Source: an uncultured Acidobacteriota bacterium (GTDB taxonomy: Bacteria > Acidobacteriota > Thermoanaerobaculia > Multivoradales > UBA5704). From it: a DNA stretch of 64,000 nt. The DNA lies in assembly GCA_963700145.1 (NCBI GenBank), contig OY969474.1, positions 64,001 through 128,000 on the forward strand. Reading direction: 5' to 3'. The first letter of the stretch is position 1. Each line of letters begins with the position of its first letter. The position numbers and the translations under genes are program-made. The notes under the pieces are model-generated. The model ran no database searches, was not told the origin of the DNA, and worked only from the letters and a program-made list of their open reading frames with translations. This document shows positions 53,150 to 63,162 of the stretch, in pieces.

Positions 53150-55918
53150 CTAGCGGCAGGTCTTGGGGTTCCCCTTGCAGCGGTTCGAGCAGCACTGGCT
53201 GTTGGTGGTGCAGCTCGCGCCGAGCGGCAGGCAGGAGCTGGTGACGTTGAGCGACATGGACTGGACGTGGAGGAGCGCGCCGCTCGTGCCCTGCGCCGAG
53301 AAGGAGTAGAGGCCGGTCGGCGTCGAGCCCGCGACGGTGACGGTGAGTGTCGAGCTCACGCTGCCGTTGGCGGGCGGGGTCACCGGGTTGGGCGCGAAGC
53401 CGCAGGCGACGCCGGCGGGCTGGCCGGTGCAGGCGAGGGCGACCGCGCCGGCGAAGCCGTCCTGCGATGTCACCGTGCAGGTGCTGCCGCCGCTCCCGCC
53501 CTGCACGACGCTCAGGCTCGACGGGTTGCACGCGAGGGTGAAGTCCGGCACCGGCGGGCCCGCGGGCGGCGTCACCTGCACGCAGTTGCTCACCGGCGCG
53601 TAGCAGGCCGAGGAGGCGCCCGCCGCCACCACGTTGTAGGAGTAGGTGCGGCCGGCGCCGACCTGGGTGTCGGTGTAGGAGAGGCCGGTGGTCTCGGCGA
53701 TCAGCGCCTTGCCGAAGTCGCAGCCGGCGTGCCCCTCGCTGCGGAACACCCAGTAGCGGGTGGCCCCCGCCACCGCGCTCCAGGAGAGCGCGGCCTGGTA
53801 GCTGCCGGCGCTGCCCGCGAGGGTCGCCGCGCCGGTCGGACCGCCGCCGCAGCCGCCGTTCTGCGGCGCCGGCGTCGCGCAGGCGATGCCGTGGCGGTTG
53901 AAGGCGGCGTGGATGGCGGTCATGTGCGGGGTGCCGTCGTTCAGGTTGCCGTTGTCGTCGTCGGCGGTGATCCACTGCATGTAGGCGTTGGTCGCGGCGC
54001 AGCCGGACGAGGAGCCGTTGCAGGTGCAGGCGTGCCAGGCCCCGATGTTGCCGCTCCCCTGGTAGAAGAGCTTGTTGCCGACGATGAAGGCGGTCCGGCT
54101 GTCGAGGTTGAAGGGCGCCTGCTGGAGGTCGCGCGCCACCAGGTCCCACGCCGCCTGCCGCGACGGCGCGGCGGCGCAGTGCACCTCCCGGCCGCACGGG
54201 CCGGAGCCGTTGCTGCAGGAGCCGCAGACGAAGCCGAGCGCGGTGTCCGGCGTGTTCGGGCTGTGCCGCAGGTAGTCGGCGTCGCGCACTCCCGAGCAGT
54301 CGAGGTCGCAGTGCGCGGCGCCCTGCTGCGCCTCGTTGATGTTGAAGCCGGTGCCGTCCGCCGTCTGGCCGCACCCCTTGTCCGCCGTCCAGAAGCCGTG
54401 GCCGATGCAGGAGGCCTGGAGGCGATAGATGGCGGCGATGTCGGCGTAGGCCTCGGAGGAGTTGGAGAGGACGCCGCCGGTGTCGTTGTCGTCCAGCGCG
54501 TGACCCCACTCGTGATCGATGATGGCGGCGATCTCCCCCGAGTTGCGGCAGCCGCCGAACGGGCGGAAGAAGTTGATGCTGCCGTCGGGCGGGTTGTAGG
54601 CGGCGTTGCAGAGAGTGGCGATGTTGACGTAGGTGGGGAGCTGGGCGAACAGCCAGGCGTTGGCGGGCAGCCAACCGCGGGCCATCTCCGCCAGCTTGTT
54701 GACCTCGTAGAAGGCGGTGCGCGACGCCGCCGTGTTGCCCGGCGAGCCGCCGGCGGAGGTGCACAGGTGCTGGCCGTTGGCGCCGCCCAAGTTGAGCGCG
54801 CCGGCGGCGCTGTTGCTGATCGTGCCGCACTCGTCGCCGACGGCGACGTACTTGCCGGTGAGCGTCGTCGTCACCGTGCCGCTCGTCCAGTCGAAGACGC
54901 CGGCGCTGTTGGTGAAGTCGTTGGGCGCGGCGAGCCCGGTGTCGGCGAAAGGCATCGGCCAGCCGCTCTGCATCGTGCCGCAGGTCTGGGGCGTGGGGCA
55001 GACCTCGGTCGCGGTGACCGGGTAGACCCCGCCGGTGATCGCCTGGTTGGCGTAGTGGTTGACGTCCTGGAAGGCGATCACCTGGCCCGAATGGGCGTCC
55101 ACGATCACTTCGAAGACGGCGACCTCGGGCGGCCGCCGGAAGACGAACGTCCACACCAGCCGGTGGCGGTAGCCGGCGCCGGGCGGGCCGCCGAAGCCGT
55201 TGCCGCGCTCGTGCTCGGGCGGCGCCACCGGCACGATCTCGAGCGCCGGCGGGCGCAGCAGCTCGTCCGTCGCCGAGCCGCCGCCGGCGTGGGCGAAACC
55301 GGCGGCGAGCGCCTCGGCGGCGCTCACCCTGGGGACCGTCGAGAGGCCGCGCACGTCGCCCCAGTGCTCGGCGCCGACGACCGCCAAGTTGCCGTGGCTC
55401 ACCGAGGCCGCCAGCCGCGCGCCGCGCACCTGCACCCCGCGGTAGACCTGCGGGATGCTGACCTGCCAGAGGTCGGGGTTCACCTGCCCGGCGCGGGCCG
55501 CGCCGAGCTGGCCGGGATCGACCCCCAGCAGATCGCGATGCCGCCGCGCGAAGTCGCGGACGGCGTCCGCCACGTCCGCCGCGCCGCCGCCGGGCGTGGG
55601 AAGGAGCGGGAAAGCCCCCACGAGGTTGGTCGCCGCTCCCGAGCGCGGATCGACGAAGGCGTGCACCGCCTCCTCGCCGGCCTGCTCGCGGGCCTGCAGG
55701 AAACTCTCCCAAGCGCCGCGGTTGGGGAGCCCCGCCAGCACTTGGTCCAACGGCACGTTCGCCGAGCTGATCGTCAGCTCCGGCAGGAGGAGCTCTTTCT
55801 GCTCGAGATAACCGCCGGGCCCCTTCGGCTCGAGCGCCCGGGCCGTGCCGCCGGCCAGGAGGCCGAGGAGCCAAGCCACCAAGCCCGCCCTGGACAGAGT
55901 GTCTCCGTTCCGTAGCAC
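53150..55918 (-). CDS. Secreted gluzincin metallopeptidase paralog with a C-terminal 6-Cys knottin-like domain
   Basis: GGAGG RBS, DHEWGH..SEAYAD; ends CLPLGASCTTNSQCCSNRCKGNPKTCR. Confidence 0.88.
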   Translation of the reverse strand: MLRNGDTLSRAGLVAWLLGLLAGGTARALEPKGPGGYLEQKELLLPELTISSANVPLDQVLAGLPNRGAWESFLQAREQAGEEAVHAFVDPRSGAATNLVGAFPLLPTPGGGAADVADAVRDFARRHRDLLGVDPGQLGAARAGQVNPDLWQVSIPQVYRGVQVRGARLAASVSHGNLAVVGAEHWGDVRGLSTVPRVSAAEALAAGFAHAGGGSATDELLRPPALEIVPVAPPEHERGNGFGGPPGAGYRHRLVWTFVFRRPPEVAVFEVIVDAHSGQVIAFQDVNHYANQAITGGVYPVTATEVCPTPQTCGTMQSGWPMPFADTGLAAPNDFTNSAGVFDWTSGTVTTTLTGKYVAVGDECGTISNSAAGALNLGGANGQHLCTSAGGSPGNTAASRTAFYEVNKLAEMARGWLPANAWLFAQLPTYVNIATLCNAAYNPPDGSINFFRPFGGCRNSGEIAAIIDHEWGHALDDNDTGGVLSNSSEAYADIAAIYRLQASCIGHGFWTADKGCGQTADGTGFNINEAQQGAAHCDLDCSGVRDADYLRHSPNTPDTALGFVCGSCSNGSGPCGREVHCAAAPSRQAAWDLVARDLQQAPFNLDSRTAFIVGNKLFYQGSGNIGAWHACTCNGSSSGCAATNAYMQWITADDDNGNLNDGTPHMTAIHAAFNRHGIACATPAPQNGGCGGGPTGAATLAGSAGSYQAALSWSAVAGATRYWVFRSEGHAGCDFGKALIAETTGLSYTDTQVGAGRTYSYNVVAAGASSACYAPVSNCVQVTPPAGPPVPDFTLACNPSSLSVVQGGSGGSTCTVTSQDGFAGAVALACTGQPAGVACGFAPNPVTPPANGSVSSTLTVTVAGSTPTGLYSFSAQGTSGALLHVQSMSLNVTSSCLPLGASCTTNSQCCSNRCKGNPKTCR

Positions 55919-55940
55919 GGGCCACCTCCTCGGTGCAACG

Positions 55941-55971
55941 AAAAGGCGGGGCGGGCCGCAGCCCGCCCCGC
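55941..55971 (-). terminator. Rho-independent terminator between the tandem peptidase genes
   Basis: Minus strand GCGGGGCGGGC-tgcg-GCCCGCCCCGC followed by CTTTT. Confidence 0.65.
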
Positions 55972-55985
55972 GCGTGGTGAAACTC

Positions 55986-58823
55986 CTAGCGGCAGGTCTT
56001 GTTGTTGGGGTTCCCCTTGCACTTGTTCGAGCAGCACTGGTTGTTGGCCGTGCAGCTCGCGCCCTGCGGCAGGCAGCTGCCGGTGACGGTCAAGGTGAAC
56101 GGCGTCGTGCGGGTGAGCGCGCCGCTGGTGCCCTGCACCTGGAAGTTGTAGGTGGCGGGCGTTGTCGAGAGGGCCACCGAGACGGTCAGCGCGCTGTTGG
56201 CGCTGCCGTTGGCGGGCGGCGTCACCGGGTCGGGGGCGAAGAGGCAGGCGACCCCGGCCGGCTGGCCGCTGCACGACAGGTCGACCGCGCTGGCGAAGCT
56301 GTTCAGCGAGGTCACCGTGCAGGTGCTGTTGCCGCTGCTGCCTTGCGCCACCGTCAGGCTCGACGGCGAGCAGGCGACCGTGAAGTCCGGCGGCGGCGGT
56401 CCCGCCTGCGGCGTCACGGTGACGCAGTTGCTCGCCCGGCCGTAACAGGCCGACGAGGCGCCCGCCGCCACCACGTTGTAGGAGTACGCGCGGCCGTTGG
56501 CGACCTGGGTGTCGGTGAAGGAGAGGCCGGTCGTCTCGGCGATCAGCGCCTTGCCGAAGTCGCAGCCGGCGTGCCCCTCGGTGCGGAAGACCCAGTAGCG
56601 GGTCGCCCCCGCCACCGACCCCCACGACAGCGCCGCCGAGAAGTCGCCCGGCGTGCCGGAGAGGGTCGCTGCCGCCGTCGGCCCGCCGGCGCAGCCGCCG
56701 TTCTGCGGCGTCGGCGTCGCGCAGGCGATGCCGTGCCGGTTGAAGGCGGCGTGGATGGCGGTCATGTGCGGCGTGCCGTCGTTCAAGTTGCCGTTGTCGT
56801 CGTCGGCGGTGATCCACTGCATGTAGCCGTTGGTGGCGCCGCAGCCCGACGACGAGACACCACAGGTGCAGGCGTGCCAGGCGCCGACGTTGCCGCTCCC
56901 CTGGTAGAAGAGCTTGTTGCCGACGATGAAGGCGGTCTGGCTGTCGAGGCTGAAGGGCGCCTGCTGGAGGTCGCGCGCCACCAGGTCCCAGGCCGCCTGC
57001 CGTGTCGGCGCCGCGGCGCAGTGCACCTGCCGGCCGCAGGGCCCCGAGCCCGTCAGGCAGGAGGTGCAGACGAAGCCCAGCGCGGTGTCCGGGGTGTTCG
57101 GGTTGTGCTTGAGGTAGTCGGCGTCGCGCACCCCCGAGCAGTCGAGGTCGCAGTGGGCGACGCCGACCTGCGCCTCGTTGGTGTTGAAGCCGGTGCCGTC
57201 GACGGTCAGGCCGCAGCCGTCGTCGAGGGTCTGGAAGAAGCCGTGGCCGACGCAGGAGGCCTGCAGCCGGTAGATGCCGGCGATGTCGGCGTAGCCTTCG
57301 CTGGAGTTCGAGAGCGCGCCGCCGGAGTCGTTGTCGTCCAGCGCGTGCCCCCACTCGTGGTCGAAGACGGCGGCGATCTCGCCGGTGTTGCGGCAGCCGC
57401 CGCCCGAGCGGTAGAAGTTGATCGTCCCGGCGCCGGGGCTGTAGAAGGCGTTGCAGGTCTGGTTGATGTTGACGTTGGTGACGAGCGTGTTCTGCAGCCA
57501 GGCGTTCGCCGGCAGGTAGCCGCGCGCCTGCTCGGCGATCTTGTTGACCTCGTAGAAGGCGGTGCGCGAGGCCGGCGTGTTGCCGGGGGAGCCGCCGCCC
57601 GAGGTGCAGTCGTGCTGGTTGTTGACGCCGCCGAGGTCGATGTCGCCGGTCGCCGAGCTGTTGCTGATCGCGCCGCAGTTGTCGAAGATGTCGACGTAGC
57701 GGCCGGTCAGCGTCGTCGTCGCGGTGCCGCTGGTGTAGTTGTAGATCCCGGCGCTGTTGGTGAAGTTGTTGGGCGAGGCGAAGCCGGTGTCGGCGAAGGG
57801 CATCGGCCAGCCGCTCTGCATGGTGCCGCAGGTCTGCGGCGTCGGGCAGATGCCGGTGTTGGTGAGGGGATAGACCCCACCCTTGATCTGCTTGTTGACG
57901 TAGCGGTTGGTGTCCTGGAAGGCGATGACCTCGCCCGAACGGGCGTCGACCAGCACTTCCCAGACGGCGTCGTCCGGCAGCCGCTGGAAGGCCCAGCTCC
58001 AGACCAGGCGATGGCGGTAGCCGGCGCCGACCGGGCCGCCGAAGCGCTCGCCCACCTGGTGCTCTCGCGGCGCCACCGGCAGGATCTCGAGCCTCGGCGC
58101 GGCGATCGTCTCGTCCATCGCCGAGCGCCCGCCGGCGTAGGCGAAGCCGGCGTCGAGCGCGGCGGCGGCGTCGATCTGCGGCACCGTCGAGAGGCCGCGC
58201 ACGTCGCCCCAGGTCTCGGTGCCGATCACCACCAGGTTGCCGTTGTTGATCGAGGCGGCGAGGCGGCCGTCGCGCACCGGCACGCCGCGGTAGACCTGCG
58301 GCGCGTTGATCTGCCAGAGGTCGGGCGTCACCTGCACGGCGCGGGCGGCGCCGAGCTGGTCGGTGTCGATCGCCAGCAGCCCGCGGTGCTCCTCGGCGAA
58401 GGCGACGAAGGCGCCGGCGACGGTCGCGGCGTCCACCGCCTCCACGGCGCGGCCGAGCCGCGCTTCCAGGTCCTCGAGACCGACCGCGTTGCCGACGCCG
58501 CGGCCGGGGATCAGCGGGAAGGCGCCGACGAGGTTCGTGGCCGCGCCGGAGCGCGGATCGACGAAGCCCTCGACGGGCCCGGCGCCCGCCTGCTGCCGGG
58601 CGGCCTGGAAAGCCTCCCAGGCGGCGCGGTTCGGGAGCTGCGAGAGCACCTCCTCGACCCGCGAGTGGGAGCTGGTGATCGCCAGCTCCGGCAGGAAGAA
58701 CTCCTTCTGCTCCAGACCGCCGCCCGGCTCCTTGGGCTCGATCGCCCGGGCCGTGCCGCCGGCCAGGAGACCGGCGCAGCAGGCGACGAGACACGTACAG
58801 CGCAGCGACGCTTTCCATGTCAT
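55986..58823 (-). CDS. Secreted gluzincin metallopeptidase paralog with a C-terminal 6-Cys knottin-like domain
   Basis: GGAGG RBS before ATG 58823; DHEWGH..SEGYAD; ends CLPQGASCTANNQCCSNKCKGNPNNKTCR. Confidence 0.88.
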   Translation of the reverse strand: MTWKASLRCTCLVACCAGLLAGGTARAIEPKEPGGGLEQKEFFLPELAITSSHSRVEEVLSQLPNRAAWEAFQAARQQAGAGPVEGFVDPRSGAATNLVGAFPLIPGRGVGNAVGLEDLEARLGRAVEAVDAATVAGAFVAFAEEHRGLLAIDTDQLGAARAVQVTPDLWQINAPQVYRGVPVRDGRLAASINNGNLVVIGTETWGDVRGLSTVPQIDAAAALDAGFAYAGGRSAMDETIAAPRLEILPVAPREHQVGERFGGPVGAGYRHRLVWSWAFQRLPDDAVWEVLVDARSGEVIAFQDTNRYVNKQIKGGVYPLTNTGICPTPQTCGTMQSGWPMPFADTGFASPNNFTNSAGIYNYTSGTATTTLTGRYVDIFDNCGAISNSSATGDIDLGGVNNQHDCTSGGGSPGNTPASRTAFYEVNKIAEQARGYLPANAWLQNTLVTNVNINQTCNAFYSPGAGTINFYRSGGGCRNTGEIAAVFDHEWGHALDDNDSGGALSNSSEGYADIAGIYRLQASCVGHGFFQTLDDGCGLTVDGTGFNTNEAQVGVAHCDLDCSGVRDADYLKHNPNTPDTALGFVCTSCLTGSGPCGRQVHCAAAPTRQAAWDLVARDLQQAPFSLDSQTAFIVGNKLFYQGSGNVGAWHACTCGVSSSGCGATNGYMQWITADDDNGNLNDGTPHMTAIHAAFNRHGIACATPTPQNGGCAGGPTAAATLSGTPGDFSAALSWGSVAGATRYWVFRTEGHAGCDFGKALIAETTGLSFTDTQVANGRAYSYNVVAAGASSACYGRASNCVTVTPQAGPPPPDFTVACSPSSLTVAQGSSGNSTCTVTSLNSFASAVDLSCSGQPAGVACLFAPDPVTPPANGSANSALTVSVALSTTPATYNFQVQGTSGALTRTTPFTLTVTGSCLPQGASCTANNQCCSNKCKGNPNNKTCR

Positions 58824-59008
58824 AGCGCTTTTTCCTCCACTCACCGCCGCCGGCGGCGTGCCGGCGGGGTCCGCCCTGTCCCCCCCAAAGGAAGTCGTGC
58901 TGCGGGCCGGCCAAACGGGACATGGCGCCGGCCGGGGGCTTCCCGAAGGGAAACATTCATAGTGCCGCGAGGAGACAAAAGCGGGACAAAATCGGCTAAG
59001 ATCGTCAC

Positions 59009-59257
59009 ATGCCGACACGAGAGAAGAAGGCCCCCCAGGGCGCCCGCGGCGCCTCCCCCCGGCCGGCGCGCACCGCTCCGGCCCCGCTGACCCCCGTCGC
59101 CGCCGCTCCGTCCGCCCCGCAGGGGATCGGCGCCGTGCGGGTCTACCTGAGCTCGCGCGAGCTCGACACCCTCCACCAGGTGGCGCGGGAGAAGGGGCAG
59201 TCCCCTTCGGGCATCCTGCGCCAGGCCTTCCGGGCCTACGTCAACTTCCAGGACTAG
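59009..59257 (+). CDS. Small ribbon-helix-helix (CopG-like) DNA-binding protein
   Basis: VRVYLSSRELDTLHQVAREKGQSPSGILRQAFRAY matches the RHH pattern; TAAGAT -10 six nt before the ATG. Confidence 0.65.
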   Translation: MPTREKKAPQGARGASPRPARTAPAPLTPVAAAPSAPQGIGAVRVYLSSRELDTLHQVAREKGQSPSGILRQAFRAYVNFQD

Positions 59258-59380
59258 ACGAGGCGCACCGCGCCGCGCAAGCGGCACCGGCGGCGGGAGC
59301 GAAGCGCCCCGCCCGGCGCCGCCGTCCCCTCCACTCTACTCGACAGCACTCCGGCGGCGCCATGTTCTTCTTCGGCGCGC

Positions 59381-59600
59381 CAACTCCGGGATGAAGGCGC
59401 CATCTCCGTGATCGTCGCTCCATCTCGGAGATCGGCGGCCCGTCACGGAGATGGGCACCCCGTTACCGAGATGGGCGGCCCATCTCCGAGATGGCCGAGT
59501 CGTCACGGAGATCGGAGCGCCGTCACCGAGATTGCCGCGCCGTCACCGAGATGGTCCGGCAATCTCGGAGATCGTCCGACGATCTCCGAGATCGGCCCGA
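59381..59600. repeat. Array of 11 tandem 20-bp units: conserved CRTCWCSGAGAT core + 8 variable nt
   Basis: Units start every 20 nt from 59381 to 59581, e.g. catctcggagat-cggcggcc, cgtcacggagat-gggcaccc, catctccgagat-ggccgagt. Confidence 0.88.
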
Positions 59601-59701
59601 ATCGCCGCAATGGGGCGAGCGTTCCCCGAGCTGCCGCATCGCCGAGGCGCACAGGCCGACCGCCTCGCAGCTCAGCCGGTGAGCTTGTACCCAGCCGGCC
59701 T

Positions 59702-61327
59702 TCAACCGGCGTCAGGAAGCCCGATCGCGTACAAGAGGCCTGCGTTGTCGACCAGGTACGCCACGTCGCCGACGACGGTAACCGGAGCGTTCAGAGGGAT
59801 CCTTCCCTCGGCCTCCCACTCCGGCTCGTCTCTTTCGCCGGGGAGCTCCTGGCCGCCGTAGAAAACCTCCCCCCGGTTGCTCTCGATACCAAGGGCGATG
59901 GACCAACGGCGACGGCCGGTGCGCGCGTCGATCGCGTGGAGCGCGCCGTCGTAGCGCGGGACCAGAACGTCCGCTCCGGCCGCGGCGGGGCTGCCGTATT
60001 GCGGGAATGCGGGCCAGCCGCACGGTTCCGCCCAGACGATCCCGCCGTCACGGTCGAAGGCCACGGTCAGGTTCGAGTAGGCGGCGGGTACGACGACCAA
60101 GCCGTTGGCCACGGCAGGTCGCGCCCGGATATTGCCGAAGTCCTCGTCCGGAAGGGCCGGCTCCGCGATCGTGTATCGCACCTGAAACCGGCGTCGCTCC
60201 AACGCGGCCACCGGAAGGCCCGGGAGGGTGGTCTCGCGGGAATGGGGAAGGAACACCGTCCCCTCCAGCCGGACGGGGCTGGCGGTGAAGGTACACATGT
60301 ATTGCTTGTCATCGAAGCCGGCGCGGGCGACTTGAACACGTCGTACATCGGGCGCCGCTGGATCGACTGCCCAGCGCAGCGGCTCTGCCAACGGCGCCTC
60401 GACCACCCACCCCTCTTGGGTCGCGAAGAGGATCCGATCATCGATGCGCAGGGGGTCTCCGATGACGCCGCCTGGCAGGTCCGCGTGCTCGAGCACGGCG
60501 CCCGAGCCGGGATCGAGCAGCGCTGCCTGTCCGTCCACCGCGCAGACGACGAGGCCGGCGGGTGTCCAGGCGGGTCGGGCGAGGACCGCTGACGACAGCC
60601 TCGGAGGCCTCTTCCAGGCCGCCGCACCCGTGGCGGCGTCGATGCATTCGATCGTGCCGGCGTCGGTACCGACATAGAGGAGGCTGTCCACTTGCAGGAT
60701 GGCGTTGGCGTCATGGCGGGTGCGTGCGTGCCAGACCTCCGAGAGATCGGCGGCGCGAAGGCAGGCGATCCCGTCGCGTCGATCGGGCTGGTTGTAGCGG
60801 GCGCCCGCGGTCGGCACGTAGAGCCACTCCCCGTCGGCGACGATGTCGTTCTTGATCGTCCCGATCCCGACAGTCGCCGTTCCCAGCAGCTCCGGCACGG
60901 CGCGCGAAGCGCCCACCACTCGCTCCACCCTCCTGACGAGAAGATCGACGAGATCGGCCTCGGAATTGCGCAGCAGATCGAAGTACAGCAACTGTCTGGG
61001 GAGCCACGGTGGCGGCTCGCCTTCCACCCGCACGGGGACGAGAAAAGGCGTCCGATCGGTCGTCCGCCGAGACAGGACGGCCTGACGCTCGATGTGCGTC
61101 CACGCGCTCTCCTCGTAGGCGGGCGAAAGAAGAAGTACGCACACCCGGGCCTGAGCGATGTAGACGTCGGCGAGGGCCTCCGCACCGTCATGGCCGACAA
61201 TCGTCTCCACGTCGACCCGGTCGAAGAAGACACGGAGCCCGCGTTCCCGTAGTGCCGACGAGAGGAGCGTCGCCAGTAACTGCTGTGCACTGACATAGCT
61301 CAGCGCGACGTCGAACTTGAAAGCCAT
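59702..61327 (-). CDS. TIR domain fused to a PQQ-type beta-propeller
   Basis: FDVALSY..GLRVFFD..LLLSPAYEESAWTHIER (TIR with the catalytic Glu position); propeller repeats (LYVGTDAG..IDAATG..W; DGALHAIDARTGRRRW); no signal peptide. Confidence 0.85.
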   Translation of the reverse strand: MAFKFDVALSYVSAQQLLATLLSSALRERGLRVFFDRVDVETIVGHDGAEALADVYIAQARVCVLLLSPAYEESAWTHIERQAVLSRRTTDRTPFLVPVRVEGEPPPWLPRQLLYFDLLRNSEADLVDLLVRRVERVVGASRAVPELLGTATVGIGTIKNDIVADGEWLYVPTAGARYNQPDRRDGIACLRAADLSEVWHARTRHDANAILQVDSLLYVGTDAGTIECIDAATGAAAWKRPPRLSSAVLARPAWTPAGLVVCAVDGQAALLDPGSGAVLEHADLPGGVIGDPLRIDDRILFATQEGWVVEAPLAEPLRWAVDPAAPDVRRVQVARAGFDDKQYMCTFTASPVRLEGTVFLPHSRETTLPGLPVAALERRRFQVRYTIAEPALPDEDFGNIRARPAVANGLVVVPAAYSNLTVAFDRDGGIVWAEPCGWPAFPQYGSPAAAGADVLVPRYDGALHAIDARTGRRRWSIALGIESNRGEVFYGGQELPGERDEPEWEAEGRIPLNAPVTVVGDVAYLVDNAGLLYAIGLPDAG

Positions 61328-61411
61328 TGGATCTTCGACGCTCCAAGGAGAGTCTCTCACGTGCCGCCTTCAGAGGCGCGAGGCCCCTTTTCTGCCAGAC
61401 TCCTCCGCCAG

Positions 61412-62152
61412 GTGACGGTCCACGCCCGCTTCCCGCCGACCCGCGGCTCGGTCGTGCTCGCCGCCGCGCACGGCGACGGGGAAGTGCAGCGCGAAGCGCT
61501 CGAGCGGCTGGCGGCGAGCTACTGGCGGCCAGTCTACGCCTACCTGCGGCTGCGCTGGCGGGCGGCGCGCGAAGACGCCGAGGACATGACGCAGGAGTTC
61601 TTCGCCCACGCCCTCGCCAAGGAGACCTTCGCCCGCTTCGACCCGGCGAAGGGGCGCTTCCGCACCTTCCTCCGCACCTGCCTCGACGGCTTCGCCGCCA
61701 ACTGGCGGAAGGCCGAGCGGCGCCTGAAACGCGGCGGCGGCGGCGAGCGGCTGCCGCTCGACTTCGCCGGCGCCGAGGCGGAGCTGGCGCGCCTGGCGGT
61801 CGAAGAGGCGGCCGCGCTCACGCCCGAGGAGCTCTTCCACCGCGAGTGGGCGCGCGGCCTCTTCGCCGGCGCGGTCGGCGAGCTGCGCGCCGCCACCCTC
61901 ACGGCCGGCCGCACCGCGCACTGGGCCCTCTTCGAACGCTACGACCTGGAAGGCCCCGACGCCGCCGAGCGTCCGACCTACGGCGCGCTCGCCGCCGAGC
62001 TCGGGCTGACTACCGTGCAGGTCACCAACTACCTCGCCGCCATGCGCCGCGATCTCCGCCGGCTGGTGCTCGCCGAGCTGCGCGCGGCGACCGCCAGCGA
62101 GGCGGAGTACCGCGCCGAGGCGCGGGCGCTTTTGGGGAGCGGCGCCGGGTGA
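61412..62152 (+). CDS. ECF sigma-70 factor of the kinase-associated type
   Basis: FPPTRGSVVLAA, YWRPVYAYLR, DAEDMTQEFF, KGRFRTFL, C-terminal HTH; start position uncertain (61361-61412). Confidence 0.85.
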   Translation: MTVHARFPPTRGSVVLAAAHGDGEVQREALERLAASYWRPVYAYLRLRWRAAREDAEDMTQEFFAHALAKETFARFDPAKGRFRTFLRTCLDGFAANWRKAERRLKRGGGGERLPLDFAGAEAELARLAVEEAAALTPEELFHREWARGLFAGAVGELRAATLTAGRTAHWALFERYDLEGPDAAERPTYGALAAELGLTTVQVTNYLAAMRRDLRRLVLAELRAATASEAEYRAEARALLGSGAG

Positions 62153-63099
62153 GCGCCTGGCTCTCGGACGGCGCGCTCCGCCACCTGCGCGCGGTCGCCG
62201 ACCTGCCGGATACGACCGGCACGCGCTACGAGGTGCTGGAGGAGGTCGGGCGCGGCGGCATGGCCGCGGTCTACCGGGCGCGCGACCGCGAGCTCGACCG
62301 CGAGGTGGCCCTCAAGGTGGAGGGGGCCGCGGTGCCGGAGCGCGAGCGGGCGCGGATGCTGCGCGAGGCGCGCATCCTCGCCCGCCTCGAGCACCCGGGG
62401 ATCGTGCCGGTCCACGACGTCGGCGTCCTCCCCGACGGCCGCACCTACTACGCGATGAAGCTGGTGCGCGGCGAGAGCCTCGACGCCCGCGCCGCGCAGA
62501 CGCCGCTCCCCGAGCTCCTCCGCCTCTTCACGCGGGTCTGCGAAGCGGTCGCCTTCGCCCACGCCCACGGCGTCGTGCACCGCGACCTGAAGCCCGGCAA
62601 CGTCATGGTCGGGGCGTTCGGTGAGGTGCTGGTGATGGACTGGGGAGTGGCGAAGCTGCGCGCCGACGCCGCGGCGGAGGAGCGGGGGACCGTCCTCGGC
62701 ACGCCCGGCTACATGCCGCCCGAGCAGGAGCGCGGCGAGGTCGAGCGGATCGACGAGCGGGCTGACGTCTACGCCCTGGGCGCTCTCCTGCGCTTCCTCG
62801 TCGAGCGCGCCGGCACCGCCCCCGGCGCCGGCGGACGGGCGCGTCGCGCGGCGCCGCTGCGACCGTTGCGCGCCATCTGCGACCGCGCCGCCGCGGCCGA
62901 GCCGGCGGCGCGCTACCCGTCCGTGGCGGCGCTCGCCGCCGACCTCGCGGCCTACCTCGACGGCGGCGCCGTCGCGGCCTACCGCGAGGGGGCGCTGGAG
63001 CGCGTCGCGCGCCTCGTCCGCCCCTACCGCACGCCGCTCCTGCTCGTCGCCGCCTACCTGCTGATGCGCGTCGTCCTGCTCCTCGCGCTCGGACGTTAA
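62149..63099 (+). CDS. Hanks-type Ser/Thr protein kinase with a C-terminal TM helix
   Basis: GRGGMAAVY, VALK, HRDLKPGN, DWG, GTPGYMPPEQ, DVYALG; GTGA overlap with the sigma gene. Confidence 0.92.
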   Translation: MSAWLSDGALRHLRAVADLPDTTGTRYEVLEEVGRGGMAAVYRARDRELDREVALKVEGAAVPERERARMLREARILARLEHPGIVPVHDVGVLPDGRTYYAMKLVRGESLDARAAQTPLPELLRLFTRVCEAVAFAHAHGVVHRDLKPGNVMVGAFGEVLVMDWGVAKLRADAAAEERGTVLGTPGYMPPEQERGEVERIDERADVYALGALLRFLVERAGTAPGAGGRARRAAPLRPLRAICDRAAAAEPAARYPSVAALAADLAAYLDGGAVAAYREGALERVARLVRPYRTPLLLVAAYLLMRVVLLLALGR

Positions 63100-63162
63100 A
63101 GAGATCGCCGCCGGCGTTGGATGAGAGGGCAGGGAGACTAGACTCCCTGAAAGGAGATCGGA

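Noticed and set aside
59381-59600. CRISPR array
   Set aside because: The repeat core is 12 nt and degenerate, spacers are only 8 nt, and there are no cas genes in the window.
59408-60592. 394-aa ORF with SPRW/GD/VTE repeats
   Set aside because: It is the translation of a 20-bp non-triplet array plus the antisense of the TIR gene.
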